Below are positions 9,831-25,172 of a stretch of 64,000 nt of DNA, piece by piece. A program made the translations under genes and the position numbers. The stretch lies in sequence record OR062947.1. One strand, written 5' to 3'. Source of the DNA: Escherichia phage 348Ecol098PP. The notes beneath the pieces were generated by a model. It was not told where the DNA came from. It saw only the letters and a list, made by a program, of their open reading frames with translations, and searched no databases. Numbering within the stretch: the stretch's first letter is position 1; every line of letters begins with the position of its first letter.

Positions 9831-10255
9831 TAGCTTAATCCTAATGCTTTACGACGTTTAAGAGCCTTTTTACGCTTACGCAAGCCTTTAACTTGGCCTG
9901 AAGGGTTAGCTTTTTTAGCTTTAACGACCTTACGAGCGATTTGTCTACGTTTTGCTTTAGAAAGACCAGTGGTTTGGAACGCGTTACGTTCACGAGTTTT
10001 ACGGTCTTTAGTGCGGGTGACTTCACCACGAGAAGAAACATGTTTAACGATAAACTCATTTAACTGTTCTTCATTAATAATGGAAGCCATTGCAACAGCT
10101 AAATCCGTTTCAGTTTCAAGCATGTTCTCGATAATAGTATTTATATCGTCAATATCGAGAGCAGAAGACAATGCATCGATTCGGCCCTGTGCTTCAGGAA
10201 TAAGTGCTTCGACATTTTCGAGTACCAATTCATAAGATTCAGGGATAAGATACAT
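9830..10255 (-). CDS. 68: Prohead core protein gp68
   Basis: 141 aa, basic C-terminus, between 67 and 21. Confidence 0.7.
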   Translation of the reverse strand: MYLIPESYELVLENVEALIPEAQGRIDALSSALDIDDINTIIENMLETETDLAVAMASIINEEQLNEFIVKHVSSRGEVTRTKDRKTRERNAFQTTGLSKAKRRQIARKVVKAKKANPSGQVKGLRKRKKALKRRKALGLS

Positions 10256-10485
10256 TATTCATCGTCCTCATCATCTTCGTCTTCGTCGTCATCGCCTTCA
10301 TCAGCGTCGTCTTCCGAAGCTTTCTTTTCTTCTTCAGGTTCTTCGCCTTCAATCAAAAATTGAGACGCGATTTCTGCTTTGCGTGCTTCAATCAAACGAA
10401 CCGTTTTTTCTGCCATTGCACTTTCAAAAAACTTTCGAGTAGCAACGAGGTCGTTTGATTTAATAGCTTGAATTAAATCGTCCAT
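10255..10485 (-). CDS. 67: Prohead core protein gp67
   Basis: 76 aa with poly-acidic C-terminus [18 protein letters not shown]; between 20 and 68. Confidence 0.7.
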   Translation of the reverse strand: MDDLIQAIKSNDLVATRKFFESAMAEKTVRLIEARKAEIASQFLIEGEEPEEEKKASEDDADEGDDDEDEDDEDDE

Positions 10486-12056
10486 TAAAAATCCTCTTGT
10501 TCTTGGTCGGGGTCTTGGAAACGAGCCTCTTTCGACTCTTCTTCAATTTGCTTAGCCTCTTGTTCAATTTCCTCGTCAGACATCTGAAGAATATCTTTCA
10601 TAGCTGTTCTGTGAGAAATATATTTACCAATAAATGGTTCGGCCATCTGAAGCATATTAATGCGACGCTCCAGAATCTCAGCATCCTTTAATTCCGAGAA
10701 ATAACTATCCCGATGAAATTTTATCTTAATATTATTTATTTCATCATTCCACTCATCTTCTGTAATAATTCCTTTAAGAATTAAATTAGTTTTAAGCGGG
10801 TCTAGGAATATCTCTTCAAATTTATGTTGCAGCTCACGAATAAATTTACCAAATGACAATTCATCTCGTGTAATAGAAGTACCAGCATCAAACTGTATAC
10901 CGCCTTGGTCACTTGGAATACGGGTAATAGGAATACGTAAAGCCATATAAAGCGCATTACGGAACCAACGTACATCTTCCATATTTCCTGTATTATCTGC
11001 ACCCGGTAATGTATCAACTTCTGTTACTGCTTTACCATCACGTCGTTGTAACCAATAATCTTCGGTCATCGACATAATATGCTGCTGGTTTTTAATCTTG
11101 CCTGTAGTAGCATCATATGCAATACGGTTTTTCATCGTATTCATAACATGCTGCATATGTTCTGCTGCTTTTCTTGAAGGCATATTACCTGTATCAACGT
11201 ACCATACACGACGATCAGGAGCACGAGTAATACGATAAATTACGACGGCATCTTCAAGAAGTTTTAATTGGTTCGCTGGCTTAATAGCCCGATGCAAATA
11301 ACCGATGATATTTTTACCACAACAATCAACTAAACCAGAATGGGCATAAACAATCGCGGCTTTAGGGATTTTTATTTTTGTGCCAGCTTCATATATGCGG
11401 CCATCACAAGCATAAGATTCGTGTGATGTGTCATAAATGAAATATTCTTTATAACCCTTGACTATTTTAACACCGGCTTCAGTGGTTGTAATAACTTCAC
11501 GGACATATTGAACTTGACGTGGGTCTAAACGACGAAGCTCTTTAATACCTTCTTTAGGGCGTTTAGGGTCAATAATTTTATGGAAGAAAATTCGAGAATC
11601 TACATACCAACGCCTAAAATGGTCTGAACCTTTACGTTGGAAAGATAAATGATTCAACACTTCGTTAAATTCATCCAACATCATTGATTTTATATTTGGA
11701 CTAAATTTTGTGTTGTCTAAATTTATAGAAACGACTTCTGTGTCATCTTCGTATACGATAGCATCAGAAACTATTTCAGAGACTGCATTATCCACTTCAT
11801 AGTTCGTCATCAAATTTCGATACGTATCGATTAATTCACGGGTTGATTTGAGCCCTGGTTCTTGACTACCGAACATTCTCTGAAACATAGCATTATATGT
11901 TTGCTGTGCTTCATTTTCAGATACTTCGTATTCTTTAGCGCCGTCGTCTAATTTTGGTGTGGTGATAGATTCTAAATTTTCTTTTTCTTGGTCTTTGTAA
12001 TCACGTTCGTCCATTTTTGCCCATGGAGCAAACAAACTTAAGATATTAAATTTCAT
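10485..12056 (-). CDS. 20: Portal vertex protein gp20
   Basis: 523 aa; synteny; late promoter upstream. Confidence 0.9.
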   Translation of the reverse strand: MKFNILSLFAPWAKMDERDYKDQEKENLESITTPKLDDGAKEYEVSENEAQQTYNAMFQRMFGSQEPGLKSTRELIDTYRNLMTNYEVDNAVSEIVSDAIVYEDDTEVVSINLDNTKFSPNIKSMMLDEFNEVLNHLSFQRKGSDHFRRWYVDSRIFFHKIIDPKRPKEGIKELRRLDPRQVQYVREVITTTEAGVKIVKGYKEYFIYDTSHESYACDGRIYEAGTKIKIPKAAIVYAHSGLVDCCGKNIIGYLHRAIKPANQLKLLEDAVVIYRITRAPDRRVWYVDTGNMPSRKAAEHMQHVMNTMKNRIAYDATTGKIKNQQHIMSMTEDYWLQRRDGKAVTEVDTLPGADNTGNMEDVRWFRNALYMALRIPITRIPSDQGGIQFDAGTSITRDELSFGKFIRELQHKFEEIFLDPLKTNLILKGIITEDEWNDEINNIKIKFHRDSYFSELKDAEILERRINMLQMAEPFIGKYISHRTAMKDILQMSDEEIEQEAKQIEEESKEARFQDPDQEQEDF

Positions 12057-12084
12057 TGTATTCTCCGAATGGGAATTATAGTTA

Positions 12085-12092
12085 TATTTATA
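12085..12092 (-). promoter_or_regulatory. Late promoter TATAAATA (gene 20)
   Basis: Plus-strand TATTTATA upstream of gene 20 start. Confidence 0.6.
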
Positions 12093-12140
12093 TGGACTTC
12101 TCCGTCATCACGGGAAGCTGGGGATTTCTCCCCAACCAGA

Positions 12141-12632
12141 TTATTCCCACCAATCAAGAGCAAGAGTTACTTCGAACGTTTCAATCTCGTTATTCGAATC
12201 CCAATCAAGAGATACTTCACCGACGTTAGTAGGCCACAAGCCAACAATTTCAACTTCTTTAGTGACCGTTTTAGCATCACGAGCAAATTGACGAACGATA
12301 GCGGACTTTTTATATTCAGCAGGTTTACCACCGGTAATTTCATTACCTTGTCCTGCTGCAATACCTTGCCAATCAACAAATTTCTGACGAATGCTATGAG
12401 CATCATCGTTCATTACTGTAATAGTCCAATCATCGAATGTACGATCACCGGCCACGTTAATTTTACGGTTCATATAAGAAACAGGAACCTTTTCAACGAT
12501 CGCAGCAGGAAGAGCCGTAGCACGACACTGGAAGCTAAAGTTTTGCCCAAGATAAGAGATTTCTACTTCGAACAGGTTAGGGCGAGCGAAATCACCTGAT
12601 TCGAAGGCACGAGTTACGTCATCTACAAACAT
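12141..12632 (-). CDS. 19: Tail tube protein gp19
   Basis: 163 aa, same as T4 gp19; synteny. Confidence 0.9.
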   Translation of the reverse strand: MFVDDVTRAFESGDFARPNLFEVEISYLGQNFSFQCRATALPAAIVEKVPVSYMNRKINVAGDRTFDDWTITVMNDDAHSIRQKFVDWQGIAAGQGNEITGGKPAEYKKSAIVRQFARDAKTVTKEVEIVGLWPTNVGEVSLDWDSNNEIETFEVTLALDWWE

Positions 12633-12704
12633 ATTAGCCTCTGTAGTAATATGGGCTTAGGATTAACCTGATGCCCATAGAATTAATTTTTAAACGATAT
12701 AGTA

Positions 12705-12712
12705 TATTTATA
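12705..12712 (-). promoter_or_regulatory. Late promoter TATAAATA (gene 19)
   Basis: Plus-strand TATTTATA between the gene 18 terminator hairpin and gene 19. Confidence 0.55.
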
Positions 12713-12732
12713 TGGGCTACCGAAATAGCCCA
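12713..12732 (-). terminator. Hairpin after gene 18
   Basis: GGGCTA-CCGAAA-TAGCCC between gene 18 stop and gene 19 late promoter. Confidence 0.45.
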
Positions 12733-12744
12733 TCAGGCGTCTTA

Positions 12745-14727
12745 TTAGGCACCTACAGCACCAATTAGTTCGTCGAAATCGGCACCCGTTGCTGTTGCTA
12801 CAAAGTTCAACGTAATATAATTTATCGAGCGGGCAGGTTGTAAGTAGAAAGTAGCTACAAATTCATTACGGTCGATAACTGCTGGTGTGTTATTGGTAGT
12901 ATCACAAACAACTTTAAAGTTATATACACCACCGAGAGCTTTAATACCCTGTAGATATTGAGAAGTCTCTGTACGGAAAGAAGAACGGGTAAATGCGTTG
13001 TTCAATTCAAACAGGCGATATTTAGATGCTGAACCAATGTTCGTTTTAACCATATTGAACAAACGACGAACGTTAATACGGTCAAATGGTGAAGGAACAG
13101 AAGTGGCAGTTTTATCACCGTACAGAACATACCCATCACCACCGGTACCAGTAACAGGGTTAATAGCTTCCTGATACAAACGATCACGCTGCGCTTGGCG
13201 AGTTTCAATTGCAAGCTTAATAACGTTAAGAATTTGTCCACGGTTATAACCGGCAGGAGACATCCAAGGCTGAGAAATATTGTCTGTGCGAGCACAAAGA
13301 CCAGCAATATCAGCAGCTAATGGAACCCAACGATTCACATCATTATATTTGTCATATTGATATTTATAGTTACCGTCAATAGCAGCATAAGTAGAACTTA
13401 CATTAAAGTTATTATCAGTGTAAGTTCCTGACGCAGTACGCCAATCAACCAGATTATCAACTGCACGATTAACAGGAATACCGACTATAGTTGCACGTGG
13501 TGGTGAGCAAAGAACCAAACAATCTTGGCGAGAATCACCAATTGCTACAACATGTTTCTGAACTGTAGAAGCAACTTCTAAAGATTCACCTGCACAAGAA
13601 CCAGCAATAAACAACTGCGCATTAACAGATTCACGGTCAGCAAACAAATCCCAAGCTTCCATTAAATCACCAGCGTCAACAGTTTCATTAGATGATAAGC
13701 CACCACCCAGTTTGATTACGCCAGAGAAACCTTTTGGCCAACCTTGTGCAGTAGCGAAAATATAATTGCTTGCGCCTTTAGCAAAGAAATCATCAATAAA
13801 GATATTACTACCATAAATATCGCGTTCACCACGTTTAGTAGAAAGAACCACACTCTGGACTACAGCATCGTTACGACGAACGATAATTGCATATTGGTCA
13901 TCAGTTTGTGGGCCGTACCCAAAGATTGCTTTAGCAGTAGATGCACGAGTACCACCATCAGGATAAATTTTTAACTGGGCTGAAGCACCTTTGTCATAGT
14001 CTGCTTTAGATACGATTTCAATTTCAAGCTGGTCGCCAAGTTCACCAGGATAAAGAGCAACTACGCCTGGGACACCATATTTTTTAATAGATTCTTGGAA
14101 AGTTAGAGAAGTAATAGCTTCTTCAGAAGTTTCAACTTCAGTTAACAGAATACCCGAATCGGTTACGATAGAACCAATTGTAATAACGCCAGAGAGACCA
14201 GAAGAAGAACTGGCAACTTCGGCGGTCCAGTTAGAACCCAATGCCGGATATTCATTAATTTCTTTTGCACGAGCAATAATTTTACCGGTTGGGATATAAA
14301 TGTTAAGAATTTTACCATCGACATCAACTGAAGTGACATAACCATCTGCTTCAACAGTTTCGGTCAAATACTTAACGATAATTTTATCACCAACTGCATA
14401 GTTACTACCAGCAGCAGAGATTGTGAATTCAATATTGCCTGCTACAGGAGATGAGTTCTTAGCAGTATCACGATCAACTGCGCGTACAACACGAAGGTCA
14501 TTACCATATTGAAGGAAGTTCATAGCAGACATGAAATAATCTGCTGTATCCGTATTAGGAGTACCAAACATATCAACTAATGCAACTTCATCAGTGATTT
14601 GTTTAATCTGGAATGCAGGTCCCCATTGGAATTTTCCAGCCAGGGCAGCAGTACCAGTGGAGTTATTAACTACAGTACTCTGTACGGTAGTTTCTTTGAG
14701 CTCAACGCCCGGAGAGAGAAGTGCCAT
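12745..14727 (-). CDS. 18: Tail sheath protein gp18
   Basis: 660 aa; synteny; late promoter 14755-14762. Confidence 0.9.
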   Translation of the reverse strand: MALLSPGVELKETTVQSTVVNNSTGTAALAGKFQWGPAFQIKQITDEVALVDMFGTPNTDTADYFMSAMNFLQYGNDLRVVRAVDRDTAKNSSPVAGNIEFTISAAGSNYAVGDKIIVKYLTETVEADGYVTSVDVDGKILNIYIPTGKIIARAKEINEYPALGSNWTAEVASSSSGLSGVITIGSIVTDSGILLTEVETSEEAITSLTFQESIKKYGVPGVVALYPGELGDQLEIEIVSKADYDKGASAQLKIYPDGGTRASTAKAIFGYGPQTDDQYAIIVRRNDAVVQSVVLSTKRGERDIYGSNIFIDDFFAKGASNYIFATAQGWPKGFSGVIKLGGGLSSNETVDAGDLMEAWDLFADRESVNAQLFIAGSCAGESLEVASTVQKHVVAIGDSRQDCLVLCSPPRATIVGIPVNRAVDNLVDWRTASGTYTDNNFNVSSTYAAIDGNYKYQYDKYNDVNRWVPLAADIAGLCARTDNISQPWMSPAGYNRGQILNVIKLAIETRQAQRDRLYQEAINPVTGTGGDGYVLYGDKTATSVPSPFDRINVRRLFNMVKTNIGSASKYRLFELNNAFTRSSFRTETSQYLQGIKALGGVYNFKVVCDTTNNTPAVIDRNEFVATFYLQPARSINYITLNFVATATGADFDELIGAVGA

Positions 14728-14754
14728 TTTAATTCCTCTTAATTTGCTTTATTT

Positions 14755-17071
<2,317 letters not shown>

Positions 17072-17080
17072 ATTTACCTC

Positions 17081-17905
17081 TTATTGTTTTCTAGGACCAG
17101 GAGGGGTTGGTGGAGTCGGGATTGGAATATCATGAGTATAAGTTTGTTCAACTTCGCCATTCCAATCTTGTGCTTCAACGTCTCTCGGTTTAATTTCTGT
17201 ATCAACTGATTCAAAAACACTGGCGGCTGTTTGAAGGTCTCGTTCGTTAGCATGAAAATCAAGATAAGTCGTTTTAATAAGGCCTTCAGCTGCGCCTACC
17301 GGAGGATACATCCATCCATTTACTTCAAATGTTAATGACCACTCTAAACGTCGACGAGATAAATTATCACCGTCTATTTGTTCATCCATTGCTGCTGCCA
17401 TCCATACGACTTTAATATCCCTTTCAAATGGAATATCCTGCCCATATTGCTCAATCATAGTCGTATTAAAATGCGGCTGAAAATATGGAATAATTTGCTC
17501 AACGATTTGGAACATATCATCTTCATAACGAGTAAAGATGCTCAGTTCAAAAATCATTTTAATTGGTGATGGGTTGTATTGGTCTACAATATCCTTAGTT
17601 GATTTACTCAAAAGAGAGTTATTCAATATATTCGTTTTAAACGTTGGGTTATAAACGAAATCTACCATTTGGAGATTTATACGTGGTAGAATAGTTTCGA
17701 CTTTAGCCACATCTTCTTGTGAGTTTATAGAGGTCCATTTATTAAGTTTCATCATAAAGTGCTCTTTAGATGCATACGTAATAGGAACTCTAATTAATTT
17801 ATTGCCTGTAGACAATTGACGGTTAACTTGGATATTTGAAAACAAATCGCCCATCATTGTGATATATCGCCTGAACGACGAGTTGTAAAAATAACCAAAC
17901 ATCAT
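17081..17905 (-). CDS. 15: Tail sheath stabiliser/completion protein gp15
   Basis: 274 aa, synteny. Confidence 0.85.
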   Translation of the reverse strand: MMFGYFYNSSFRRYITMMGDLFSNIQVNRQLSTGNKLIRVPITYASKEHFMMKLNKWTSINSQEDVAKVETILPRINLQMVDFVYNPTFKTNILNNSLLSKSTKDIVDQYNPSPIKMIFELSIFTRYEDDMFQIVEQIIPYFQPHFNTTMIEQYGQDIPFERDIKVVWMAAAMDEQIDGDNLSRRRLEWSLTFEVNGWMYPPVGAAEGLIKTTYLDFHANERDLQTAASVFESVDTEIKPRDVEAQDWNGEVEQTYTHDIPIPTPPTPPGPRKQ

Positions 17906-17954
17906 TTCTCCTAACCGGCCTTTCGACCGGTGTTTGCTTTATCTTATCTATTTA

Positions 17955-18719
17955 TTAATTCATAAACCCATCGTCAAATGGTGAATTTTGTCTACCACGG
18001 TTGTTAACTACTACATACGGCTCAACGTATTCACTTGCCTCTGAATTGATTTGCTCAACTTCAGAATATTCATCGATATTAATGTCATGGATACCGTCAA
18101 GATTTCTAACAGGGTTAAGTTCCAAGTCACTAAATTCAGGTATATTGATACCTTCATTTTTCTGAAGCACCGGATTGATTTCTTCGCCAGAGTAAATAAA
18201 CTTGCCTGCAGTAATTTTACGAATCGCATTTTTACCTACTTGATAGAATGGGTCATATGGTTCAACCCAGTTAATCTCAAACAAACTGTTGTCCATTGGG
18301 AAGTATATTAAATCACCTTCCTTGGGCTCCTGATTGTTGACCTGGTGTTTGAAAAGACCCGGGTTAATAGATAATGTAACTTCGTCTTGAACTTGCATTC
18401 CGAAGTTGCTGAAGAACGATTTCGCTCCTTCATAACCTTCAAAAGAGTTCAGATATGCAGCAAATTTCCATGCTTTAGTAAATTTATTTTTAAGGTCCTC
18501 ACCAAAGATAAGGTCCACAGCAACATATTCACGTGGAACATAAAAACATTCAATACCGCGCATCTGTATGCTTTCTGCCACTAGAACATCGGCTAATGTC
18601 TGACTATTCTCATAATTATTAAAATTGACAAATGGATTGAGGATTTCAGTCTCATTTGTCTGAGAATACCCACCACGATTTTCTAGCTTGGCGAAAAGAT
18701 TTTTATCATAAGTTGCCAT
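17955..18719 (-). CDS. 14: Neck protein gp14
   Basis: 254 aa, synteny. Confidence 0.85.
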   Translation of the reverse strand: MATYDKNLFAKLENRGGYSQTNETEILNPFVNFNNYENSQTLADVLVAESIQMRGIECFYVPREYVAVDLIFGEDLKNKFTKAWKFAAYLNSFEGYEGAKSFFSNFGMQVQDEVTLSINPGLFKHQVNNQEPKEGDLIYFPMDNSLFEINWVEPYDPFYQVGKNAIRKITAGKFIYSGEEINPVLQKNEGINIPEFSDLELNPVRNLDGIHDINIDEYSEVEQINSEASEYVEPYVVVNNRGRQNSPFDDGFMN

Positions 18720-18720
18720 A

Positions 18721-19647
18721 TTAACCTACCAAAATACCTGCAGGAGGGTCCAGTAAATATAACTCTTCTCGTAAAGCTTCTTTCTCTAAACGAGCTTCTT
18801 CAATTAATCGAACACCATCAACAGTGACGCCACCAGGTAACATCATACCTTGATGTTTAGCAAGAATTTGTCCATTAAGCTCTTTAGCTAATGCAGTTGC
18901 ATAATCTTTAACCCAGCGGTTGTTATATGCGCCTTGTTTAGTTGCAGGATCTTCACCAACTCGACGTCCTACCAAATTATGGTCTGGATTATCATAACGT
19001 TCAGAAATAGACCATGAATCACGAGGACCAACCTGACCGTACCCTACTGTATTTCCTACCATCTTATGGGTCTCGATATAAGAGCGAACATACGATTCAA
19101 CGATAATGACATCTTTCTGTCTAAAGTTACCCATTACTTTTAATTGCTCGTTTGCAGAGTTAAACCAAAAATCTGGAAGAGGAGCAATCATATCTTGAAG
19201 CATACCCATATAAGATACTAATTGAGAATAATACCCGAGGTCAGCGCCAAAAGCGTTCGGACCGTAGAATTTACCACAATTACTACCCATACCACCTGAA
19301 ACACCTGCCATTCCTAAAAGGAAATCAGTGAACCATGGATAAGTTGCATTACCATCCATTGAAGTAATAGAGCCAACATTTGTTCTTATAATTCTTGTTA
19401 CAGCAAATACGTTAGAACCGCGCATATCAAATACGCCGTGACGGTATTTTTCTTCGTCATCAACAAAAAATACATGGAAACCTTTATTCAACCCGTCAAA
19501 ATGGTATTCGCCATAAAGTTCTAACGCTCGTGAAATACAATCATAAATTTGGTCTGTAGTTAATTCAACATTTACAATAGGAGCGCCTAAACGACGTAAT
19601 ATTACGTCCTTTAATTCTTTAGGGTTTTGTGCATTATAACCTGACAT
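18721..19647 (-). CDS. 13: Neck protein gp13
   Basis: 308 aa, synteny. Confidence 0.85.
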   Translation of the reverse strand: MSGYNAQNPKELKDVILRRLGAPIVNVELTTDQIYDCISRALELYGEYHFDGLNKGFHVFFVDDEEKYRHGVFDMRGSNVFAVTRIIRTNVGSITSMDGNATYPWFTDFLLGMAGVSGGMGSNCGKFYGPNAFGADLGYYSQLVSYMGMLQDMIAPLPDFWFNSANEQLKVMGNFRQKDVIIVESYVRSYIETHKMVGNTVGYGQVGPRDSWSISERYDNPDHNLVGRRVGEDPATKQGAYNNRWVKDYATALAKELNGQILAKHQGMMLPGGVTVDGVRLIEEARLEKEALREELYLLDPPAGILVG

Positions 19648-19679
19648 ATAAATCCTTTAGGGCCCGAAGGCCCTTTTCA

Positions 19680-21128
19680 TTAAGCTGTAGGAAGTTCAAC
19701 CCATGCACCATCTTTGCGAACATAGAATTTACCGTCTGAAGGAGCATCTTCAATATATCCAGCTTCCTTAAGAGTTTGGATTTCAGCTTCTGCAGCGGCC
19801 AAATCAGTTTCAAGAGTAGCAATTCTAGAAGTTAAACCATTAATTGTCGTATCATGACTTTTAACTGTAGGCAATATACCACGTTCTTCAACAGTCGAAC
19901 CATTTGGGTTGGTGCCATTTATAAGAGTATTTAATGTGTTTACAGAACCCTTAATTCCTGTGCTATTAGTCCCAACATCAGTTTGAATGTTCTGAATGTC
20001 ATTACTCAGCCCACTGATAGTTCCTTCAAGCTCTCGAGTACGATAAAGCAAAGAGCCGTCTGGTTCCGGTTTCCCGCCTGAAGCGTCAACACCGACTACG
20101 TTATTTAACCATGACACATTAAAACGCAATCCTGACGAAGAATCAGAGCCGACAACAGTGTTCAATGCTCCGATAGCATCAGTATTGAGTTTAATACGTC
20201 CTTGGATTGTAGTAGGCAAATCATCAGCGCCAATGGCAGTTTCTACTGTAGTCAAACGAGGTTTAATACCACCTGATTGATTGAGCTCAAGATTAATGTC
20301 ATTTATTGCTGAACTATTTGCATTAGTTGTAGTAATAATAGAAGTCGTATTAGGATACCCAATAGACTGTTTAATGCCGTCCAAGTCAGCATTTTGACGC
20401 GACAAAGTTAAATCAATACCGGAAAGACGACTAAACACTGGAGTAGTGAAAGAAGTACGAGGTCCCATTTCTTCGCGTAAGCGTTCGACTTCAATAGTTA
20501 AAGAGCCGACGTCAGAATCAGCAAATTTAGTTTCTAAATCGGTTAAACGAACACCATGGTCGACAATTACAGAGCTATTAGTCATAATACGGCGTTTCAT
20601 ACCAGTACTATCATTTCCTGGAGTAGGAACCCCATTAATATCTTGACCAGTATATTGTCCTAATTCGTTTTTAATCCAAAGCAGGTCGCTACGAACCGTT
20701 CTATAAACTGAATCTGTTTCCTGATTATAAACACCAATATCAACAGTATTCGCATCAATATGTTCATTCAAATCATTCAATTCACTAGCATGGGTTTGAA
20801 CTGTGACTTTAATGACATCAATATCTTGGGTGTTCTGGCCTATCTGTGCAAGAGCATCAACATCCCCGGAAACATCTAAAATACCTTGAATAACTTTGAT
20901 ATCTTCATTGGCCGTATTCAAAGAAGATGCTATAGTTTTAATATTAACATCTAACGCTTCTACGTTACGTTGAACTTCAACAATAGGACGGTTCATTACA
21001 CCTTCAGAACCGTATTTTGTGTCAGCACCTGTTATTTCTTCATCGTTTTTAATCCATTCAATACGACTCTGACCCGCGTCTGGCGGGCCGTCAACATATG
21101 GTAAATCTACCAGAGTTATATCAGCCAT
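19680..21128 (-). CDS. wac: Fibritin (whisker antigen control) with C-terminal foldon
   Basis: 482 aa; C-terminal GYIEDAPSDGKFYVRKDGAWVEL matches the T4 foldon pattern; segmented coiled coil. Confidence 0.9.
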   Translation of the reverse strand: MADITLVDLPYVDGPPDAGQSRIEWIKNDEEITGADTKYGSEGVMNRPIVEVQRNVEALDVNIKTIASSLNTANEDIKVIQGILDVSGDVDALAQIGQNTQDIDVIKVTVQTHASELNDLNEHIDANTVDIGVYNQETDSVYRTVRSDLLWIKNELGQYTGQDINGVPTPGNDSTGMKRRIMTNSSVIVDHGVRLTDLETKFADSDVGSLTIEVERLREEMGPRTSFTTPVFSRLSGIDLTLSRQNADLDGIKQSIGYPNTTSIITTTNANSSAINDINLELNQSGGIKPRLTTVETAIGADDLPTTIQGRIKLNTDAIGALNTVVGSDSSSGLRFNVSWLNNVVGVDASGGKPEPDGSLLYRTRELEGTISGLSNDIQNIQTDVGTNSTGIKGSVNTLNTLINGTNPNGSTVEERGILPTVKSHDTTINGLTSRIATLETDLAAAEAEIQTLKEAGYIEDAPSDGKFYVRKDGAWVELPTA

Positions 21129-22711
21129 TATTTTACCTTAATGATATAGTTTAAAGAAATATTCCATGGACGAGTTTCATTTCCAATTAATTCTGGACGA
21201 TTCATGGTATATTTAGAGTTACGCTGAGACGCTGGATCAATTTCATATCCTTCGTTAGTAAAATATGAACGGTTATCCCAGTCAAGTCCTTTACGAGTAC
21301 CAACAAAGTTTGAACGACGAGTATTACCAAATGCACCGGAATCGTCATGTTCACCAAAACCACCAGCATGCTTATGATATGACATCTGTTGTTTTTGCAC
21401 TTCACCAACATATCCACCGGTACAACCTACCGCCAGACGAGGCTTACCGAATTGGTCATTACCATTAACATTAGGGTTAGTTAAATGGTTACCACGACCT
21501 GAGCCGCGAACAAATAATCCACGCATATCAGGCAAGCCTGGGTTAGAAGAGCTACCACCATATCGTGTCCCAATTCTAGAAGCATATACCGGACATTCTG
21601 AAGCAGAAACGGTCCCACCGTGGCAGAAGCGCCAATCAGAACTCGGTAAACTATCTGCAGCCCACATTGTAATAGCGCCAACTGGAAGAATTCGGTCTAA
21701 TTCATTTTGAGTCACAATACGATTGCCTTGAATATAACCACCAGTCATATTGACATTACCAGTTATATTAGCTCCACCAGAACCAACCGTCAATGTATTA
21801 TTAATGCGAAGCGTGCCATTAATAGTTTGTCCGCCTCGTTGGTGGATAACATCAGCATTCCAAGCAAGGGCAGAAGAACCATCACCACCTGATTGGCTAC
21901 CAGCTTGTGTAGTTAAACGAACAACTCCACGTAAAGAAGTTGTAGCACCACGCCCGTTTAATGTTGCGCCGGTCACTACAACTGAAGAGTTGTTACTATT
22001 TACTTCAGTCTGTGTCCCTAGTTTAACGACACCTTTATTAGTTTCTGATGCTACTGAATTCATAAAGGTATAAGGTGAAATTGCATAGCCTTCACGCAGG
22101 GTGCCTTGTTGTGCTTGTGCAACTGTAGCTAAACGAACAACACCTGTAATAGATTCGGTGGCGTCACTATTATTTGGAGCAATTTGTGAAATAAGTTTAA
22201 TTGCTAATTGTTGTGTTTTTAACGGGGTCATTGCCGTTGTATCGTCAGAACCAGCTAATGCCGCAGCAGAAGTTGAAATTTTAATTACACCATTTGTTGC
22301 TTCTGTTGACACTTTTGTCTGAAATACATTGTCTATTTTTTGATTCAATTTAAGCGGAGTAATTGACGCATCGTCAATAGTTCCTGTTACTGCTTCATCT
22401 TCAGTAGCATAACGAGTTAAGCCATATTGAGTTTCGGTTGCATTAGGATATTGTAGACGAGCATTCAGTGTTGCCGGAGTAACAGCTTTACTATTATCTA
22501 ATCCATCAATAACTTCTTGTGGAGTAGCTATTTGAATAATTCCTGGTGTAGTAGTTGTTGCTTCCGGTACGCCATTAACACCTGAAGGAGAAATAGCAGC
22601 TAATGCGGCTTGGACATTAGTGACTGTATCTGGAAAATTCGACCCTGTAGGGTCGAATTCAACGTAAATGGATTCGTTTGAAACGTGTTGGTATGTATTG
22701 TTATTACTCAT
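21128..22711 (-). CDS. 12: Short tail fibre gp12
   Basis: 527 aa (same as T4 gp12), synteny. Confidence 0.85.
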   Translation of the reverse strand: MSNNNTYQHVSNESIYVEFDPTGSNFPDTVTNVQAALAAISPSGVNGVPEATTTTPGIIQIATPQEVIDGLDNSKAVTPATLNARLQYPNATETQYGLTRYATEDEAVTGTIDDASITPLKLNQKIDNVFQTKVSTEATNGVIKISTSAAALAGSDDTTAMTPLKTQQLAIKLISQIAPNNSDATESITGVVRLATVAQAQQGTLREGYAISPYTFMNSVASETNKGVVKLGTQTEVNSNNSSVVVTGATLNGRGATTSLRGVVRLTTQAGSQSGGDGSSALAWNADVIHQRGGQTINGTLRINNTLTVGSGGANITGNVNMTGGYIQGNRIVTQNELDRILPVGAITMWAADSLPSSDWRFCHGGTVSASECPVYASRIGTRYGGSSSNPGLPDMRGLFVRGSGRGNHLTNPNVNGNDQFGKPRLAVGCTGGYVGEVQKQQMSYHKHAGGFGEHDDSGAFGNTRRSNFVGTRKGLDWDNRSYFTNEGYEIDPASQRNSKYTMNRPELIGNETRPWNISLNYIIKVK

Positions 22712-23385
22712 GAGGCTCTCACAAAGTGGTAGAAAACGGTAGGAGTATCATGGTTATCAAGAGTAACCGTTTGGGCACCTAATAAATTCCATGTTCCGTA
22801 TCCGGATTTTGCTTCAGACAAAATTTCTTGCGAAATTGTTACACCAAACGAAGCATATGTTGGCAACACATGACGTTGGTTATCTAAATATGTCACCTGA
22901 AGTTTATTACCTTCAGACGGATGGTCTTTATAAGAAGAAATAGCGATTTGATTAGCAATGGCTTCTTGTAAAGCTATACGAACTTGTGCCGTTAATTCGT
23001 TATCAGTCATACCGATTGTTGCTTTAACAGCAAGTCCAAATACGTTAATAACGACCGGCGTTCCAGGGGCCAAAGTATCGTCGAGAACATCACCGGAAAA
23101 AGTCCAATAATCAACTTGTGCTGTACCTTCAGGCGATATGCCTGAAGTGTTTGTGACAACAGTACCAATATCGGCTCGTGCCATATTATGGACATCATTT
23201 ATTGCAGATTCTACGTTAGCATCATAAAAACCGCGAGCTAACTGAGAAATAGTCACGGAACCTACAGCTTGGTTGTTTAAAACATCAATTTGAGATGGAT
23301 TTTTTCTGTAATTCAAAAAATCAGCATGGCGGGAAATAACTCCCGCCTTTGTATTAAGTACAGTCATTATGCAATCCTTACCCAA
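22708..23385 (-). CDS. 11: Baseplate wedge protein gp11
   Basis: 225 aa, synteny. Confidence 0.85.
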   Translation of the reverse strand: MGKDCIMTVLNTKAGVISRHADFLNYRKNPSQIDVLNNQAVGSVTISQLARGFYDANVESAINDVHNMARADIGTVVTNTSGISPEGTAQVDYWTFSGDVLDDTLAPGTPVVINVFGLAVKATIGMTDNELTAQVRIALQEAIANQIAISSYKDHPSEGNKLQVTYLDNQRHVLPTYASFGVTISQEILSEAKSGYGTWNLLGAQTVTLDNHDTPTVFYHFVRAS

Positions 23386-25172
23386 CGGTATACAGTTATA
23401 GATGGCTGAATATTAGTTATAGAACGTGCTGGAACATGAGATCCGTTAGTCTTTGCATAGTCTTCACGATATTTAGTGTAAATAGGACCTTCTTCATCTG
23501 GGTCGTATTGGCAACCGCCTATAATTACTGTACCATTATCATCAGAAATAAGAACCTTTTCATCGGTTTGTGTAGCTGGTAAATCAGCATTTTCTAATGT
23601 GATGGATGTTACACCAACGGTACCACCTGCGGTATGAGTAGGGTTATTATTGACGTCGAGGTCATTATTATTTAATGCAAAATTAGGATCCGACGCGTCG
23701 TCATTCCAACCTGCTAATACTTTGCCTTGTCCCCAAATTTTCCACGAACCAAAACCTAAATAAGTGGCCGGATTATTAGGGTTAACCGCATTTTCGTAAA
23801 TAGTCCCGACAGGATAAATTGTGTCAAATATTGCTGAGATAGTCGAGAATTCACGTTCATACTTAGGAACAGGTTCTACATTAGGCCATCCAATTTTATC
23901 GAAATCGGTTAATGCAACGTCACCAGTAATTTCAATGTTAGACCCTTGAGAAACATATTTCTCATCAGCGACATCAAGAATTTCTTCCATTTCAAGAAGA
24001 GTTCCTAAATCGTTATTAAACCATGTGATGGTAATAATGTCTTGGTCTTCAAATTGACGGTCAAACAGAATTGCGCTAGGGATATTATCGGTATATTCAA
24101 TCGCGTAATCTGTATACGATTGAGTCCATGTCCCACCGAGATTAGCGCATGACTCTTCAGAATCAGCATCCACACCTTCACAACGGAAAATAGGAGTTCC
24201 AACAGTACCAGCTAATTCTTGGAGAATACCATTGAAGCGAACTTCTAACGAATTCGGGTTAGGTGGTTCCGTAGGATTAATACCAAATGCTGTAAATGGA
24301 ATAGACCTGAACGTACTCAAATCAGTGACGTAAATACTTCCATCAATAGACTTTTTAGCAGTCAATTTACTATCTAAAATGCGAACTTGGCGACGAGTAT
24401 ATGAACTACGCCACTGAGAAACACCATCTAGGAATGTCTCAATTTGTACAGTGTCCCCAACATTACATGGTTGGCGTAATCTAATATTAAATCCATCAAG
24501 TGCAACCAGTTCACCAGGATTAGCGCCTGGAGAACCAAAATCACTATTATCACTGAATACATCACCATAATACAATTCGTTGCCACGATGTTTTACGCGA
24601 ATGTTGTTAACGTTATAAGAGGTCCCGTTAAAAACATCCATGAAATCGGTCTGACCTTGGGTTTCAACCAGATATTCTCTACGAGCAACATTACTAATGT
24701 CAGAGCTAACTATTTTATCAATTTGTTTGTTCTTGATGTATTCCCAACGTCCAGGAGCACAATAAACTAATTCTAAATCAGAGAACTGAACGTTAATTTC
24801 TACCGGAGATGAAGAACCTTTAATCGTGTCCCCGTTTGCCGGAATTAAAGTAACAGGGTTAATGTTCCAAGTTGCAAATACGTCACGAGCACGAATAACT
24901 TTATTATAGTCTGCAATTGTACCTTTAGGAAGATTTACCGAAACTCGCCCAGAAGTAGTATTAATTGCATAAGATTTACCCCAAGCAGCCTTAAGATTAA
25001 GACCATCAGCCGCATCATAAGTCTTCCATGCGCCAGCGGCATAAGGAACTTCACCATCACCTAATTCATAATAGATTTCGTCAAAGTTCTCATTTATTTT
25101 TTCACCACCTCGACGAAGGTAATCGCCTTGTCCGTCATCAACGACGTTACCAATTTTAATATTTTGTTTCAT
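23367..25172 (-). CDS. 10: Baseplate wedge protein gp10
   Basis: 601 aa, synteny. Confidence 0.85.
   Translation of the reverse strand: MKQNIKIGNVVDDGQGDYLRRGGEKINENFDEIYYELGDGEVPYAAGAWKTYDAADGLNLKAAWGKSYAINTTSGRVSVNLPKGTIADYNKVIRARDVFATWNINPVTLIPANGDTIKGSSSPVEINVQFSDLELVYCAPGRWEYIKNKQIDKIVSSDISNVARREYLVETQGQTDFMDVFNGTSYNVNNIRVKHRGNELYYGDVFSDNSDFGSPGANPGELVALDGFNIRLRQPCNVGDTVQIETFLDGVSQWRSSYTRRQVRILDSKLTAKKSIDGSIYVTDLSTFRSIPFTAFGINPTEPPNPNSLEVRFNGILQELAGTVGTPIFRCEGVDADSEESCANLGGTWTQSYTDYAIEYTDNIPSAILFDRQFEDQDIITITWFNNDLGTLLEMEEILDVADEKYVSQGSNIEITGDVALTDFDKIGWPNVEPVPKYEREFSTISAIFDTIYPVGTIYENAVNPNNPATYLGFGSWKIWGQGKVLAGWNDDASDPNFALNNNDLDVNNNPTHTAGGTVGVTSITLENADLPATQTDEKVLISDDNGTVIIGGCQYDPDEEGPIYTKYREDYAKTNGSHVPARSITNIQPSITVYRWVRIA

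Noticed and set aside
12069-12599. 176-aa plus-strand ORF overlapping gene 19
   Set aside because: Fully antisense to the tail tube gene, which matches T4 gp19 in length and position; no RBS.
19645-19656. Plus-strand ATATAAATCC resembling a late promoter in the wac-13 gap
   Set aside because: Wrong orientation for the minus-strand genes and it directly abuts the gene 13 start codon; on the coding strand it is simply the RBS region (AAAGGA).
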